Part shown: in pieces, positions 63,668 through 64,000 of the stretch | How positions within the stretch are numbered: position 1 is the stretch's first letter | Layout of the letters: every line of letters begins with the position of its first letter | Origin: Paragordius varius | Taxonomy: Eukaryota > Animalia > Nematomorpha | Reading direction: 5' to 3' | Assembly: GCA_964247055.1 (NCBI GenBank) | Contig: OZ176053.1 | Coordinates: forward strand, 2,480,001 to 2,544,000 | Length of the DNA stretch: 64,000 nucleotides | Made by a program: the position numbers and the translations under genes | Notes under the pieces: model-generated | Database searches by the model: none | Told to the model about the DNA's origin: nothing | What the model saw: the letters and a program-made list of their open reading frames with translations, nothing else

Positions 63668-63961
63668 TTAAATTTTATTTAAAATACTTTGATCCAAAGT
63701 GTCATTTTTGAAATGGATGATATAACAACTAGCAATGATGTCTCTACATGATAATATTATTATCCGGAGCAAGGGTGTCATGCGGTTGTCTAAGAAATTA
63801 TGTGCCGCCTGCCAAAAATTTTCGAAATCGCATAATAAATAAAAATTCCAAAAATGCAAAAAATGCACACATAATCTTGGAATTGATATTTTTTGTAATT
63901 TTGAATTAACTCTCCACAGCGAGGGCAAACATTGAATAGTTATATTTTCTGCACTTACAGT
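63668..63961 (-). CDS. Possible terminal coding exon of a gene lying beyond the right edge; product unknown
   Basis: Acceptor ttacataag| followed by 97 open codons (TVSAENITIQCLPSLWRVNSK...NFWQAAHNFLDNRMTPLL...) in locally higher-GC sequence. No homology recognised. Confidence 0.35.
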   Translation of the reverse strand, partial: TVSAENITIQCLPSLWRVNSKLQKISIPRLCVHFLHFWNFYLLCDFENFWQAAHNFLDNRMTPLLRIIILSCRDIIASCYIIHFKNDTLDQSILNKI

Positions 63962-64000
63962 CTTATGTAATAAAATATTTAAAAAATGGTTTTATTTTTT

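Overview
Very AT-rich, intron-rich animal genomic DNA (invertebrate-like; the taxon cannot be fixed from sequence alone). I spliced the genes by hand and checked that exon phases close. Genes found: a large coding exon of MAP3K4/MEKK4 (- strand, continues off the left edge); a 27-exon EFR3 (+, 17073-41881, about 1421 aa); an RD3-family gene (+, 2 coding exons, about 475 aa); an unrecognised secreted Pro/Val/Gln-rich protein with a TATA box (+, about 512 aa); a 15-exon ANKRD13 (-, 822 aa); and a possible terminal exon at the right edge. Introns and intergenic DNA are packed with non-autonomous DNA transposons (piggyBac-like TTAA MITE, a MITE with 21-bp subterminal repeats, several TA-flanked CAGT MITEs, hAT-like elements), two decayed RTE-clade LINEs and a 1.9-kb palindrome. 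Most notable: three consecutive 27/29/28-nt GT-AG introns in ANKRD13; 5' inversions with about 75-bp overlaps (twin-priming geometry) in both RTE LINEs; and an RD3 helical bundle split by long insertions. No rRNA, tRNA or CRISPR array was recognised.
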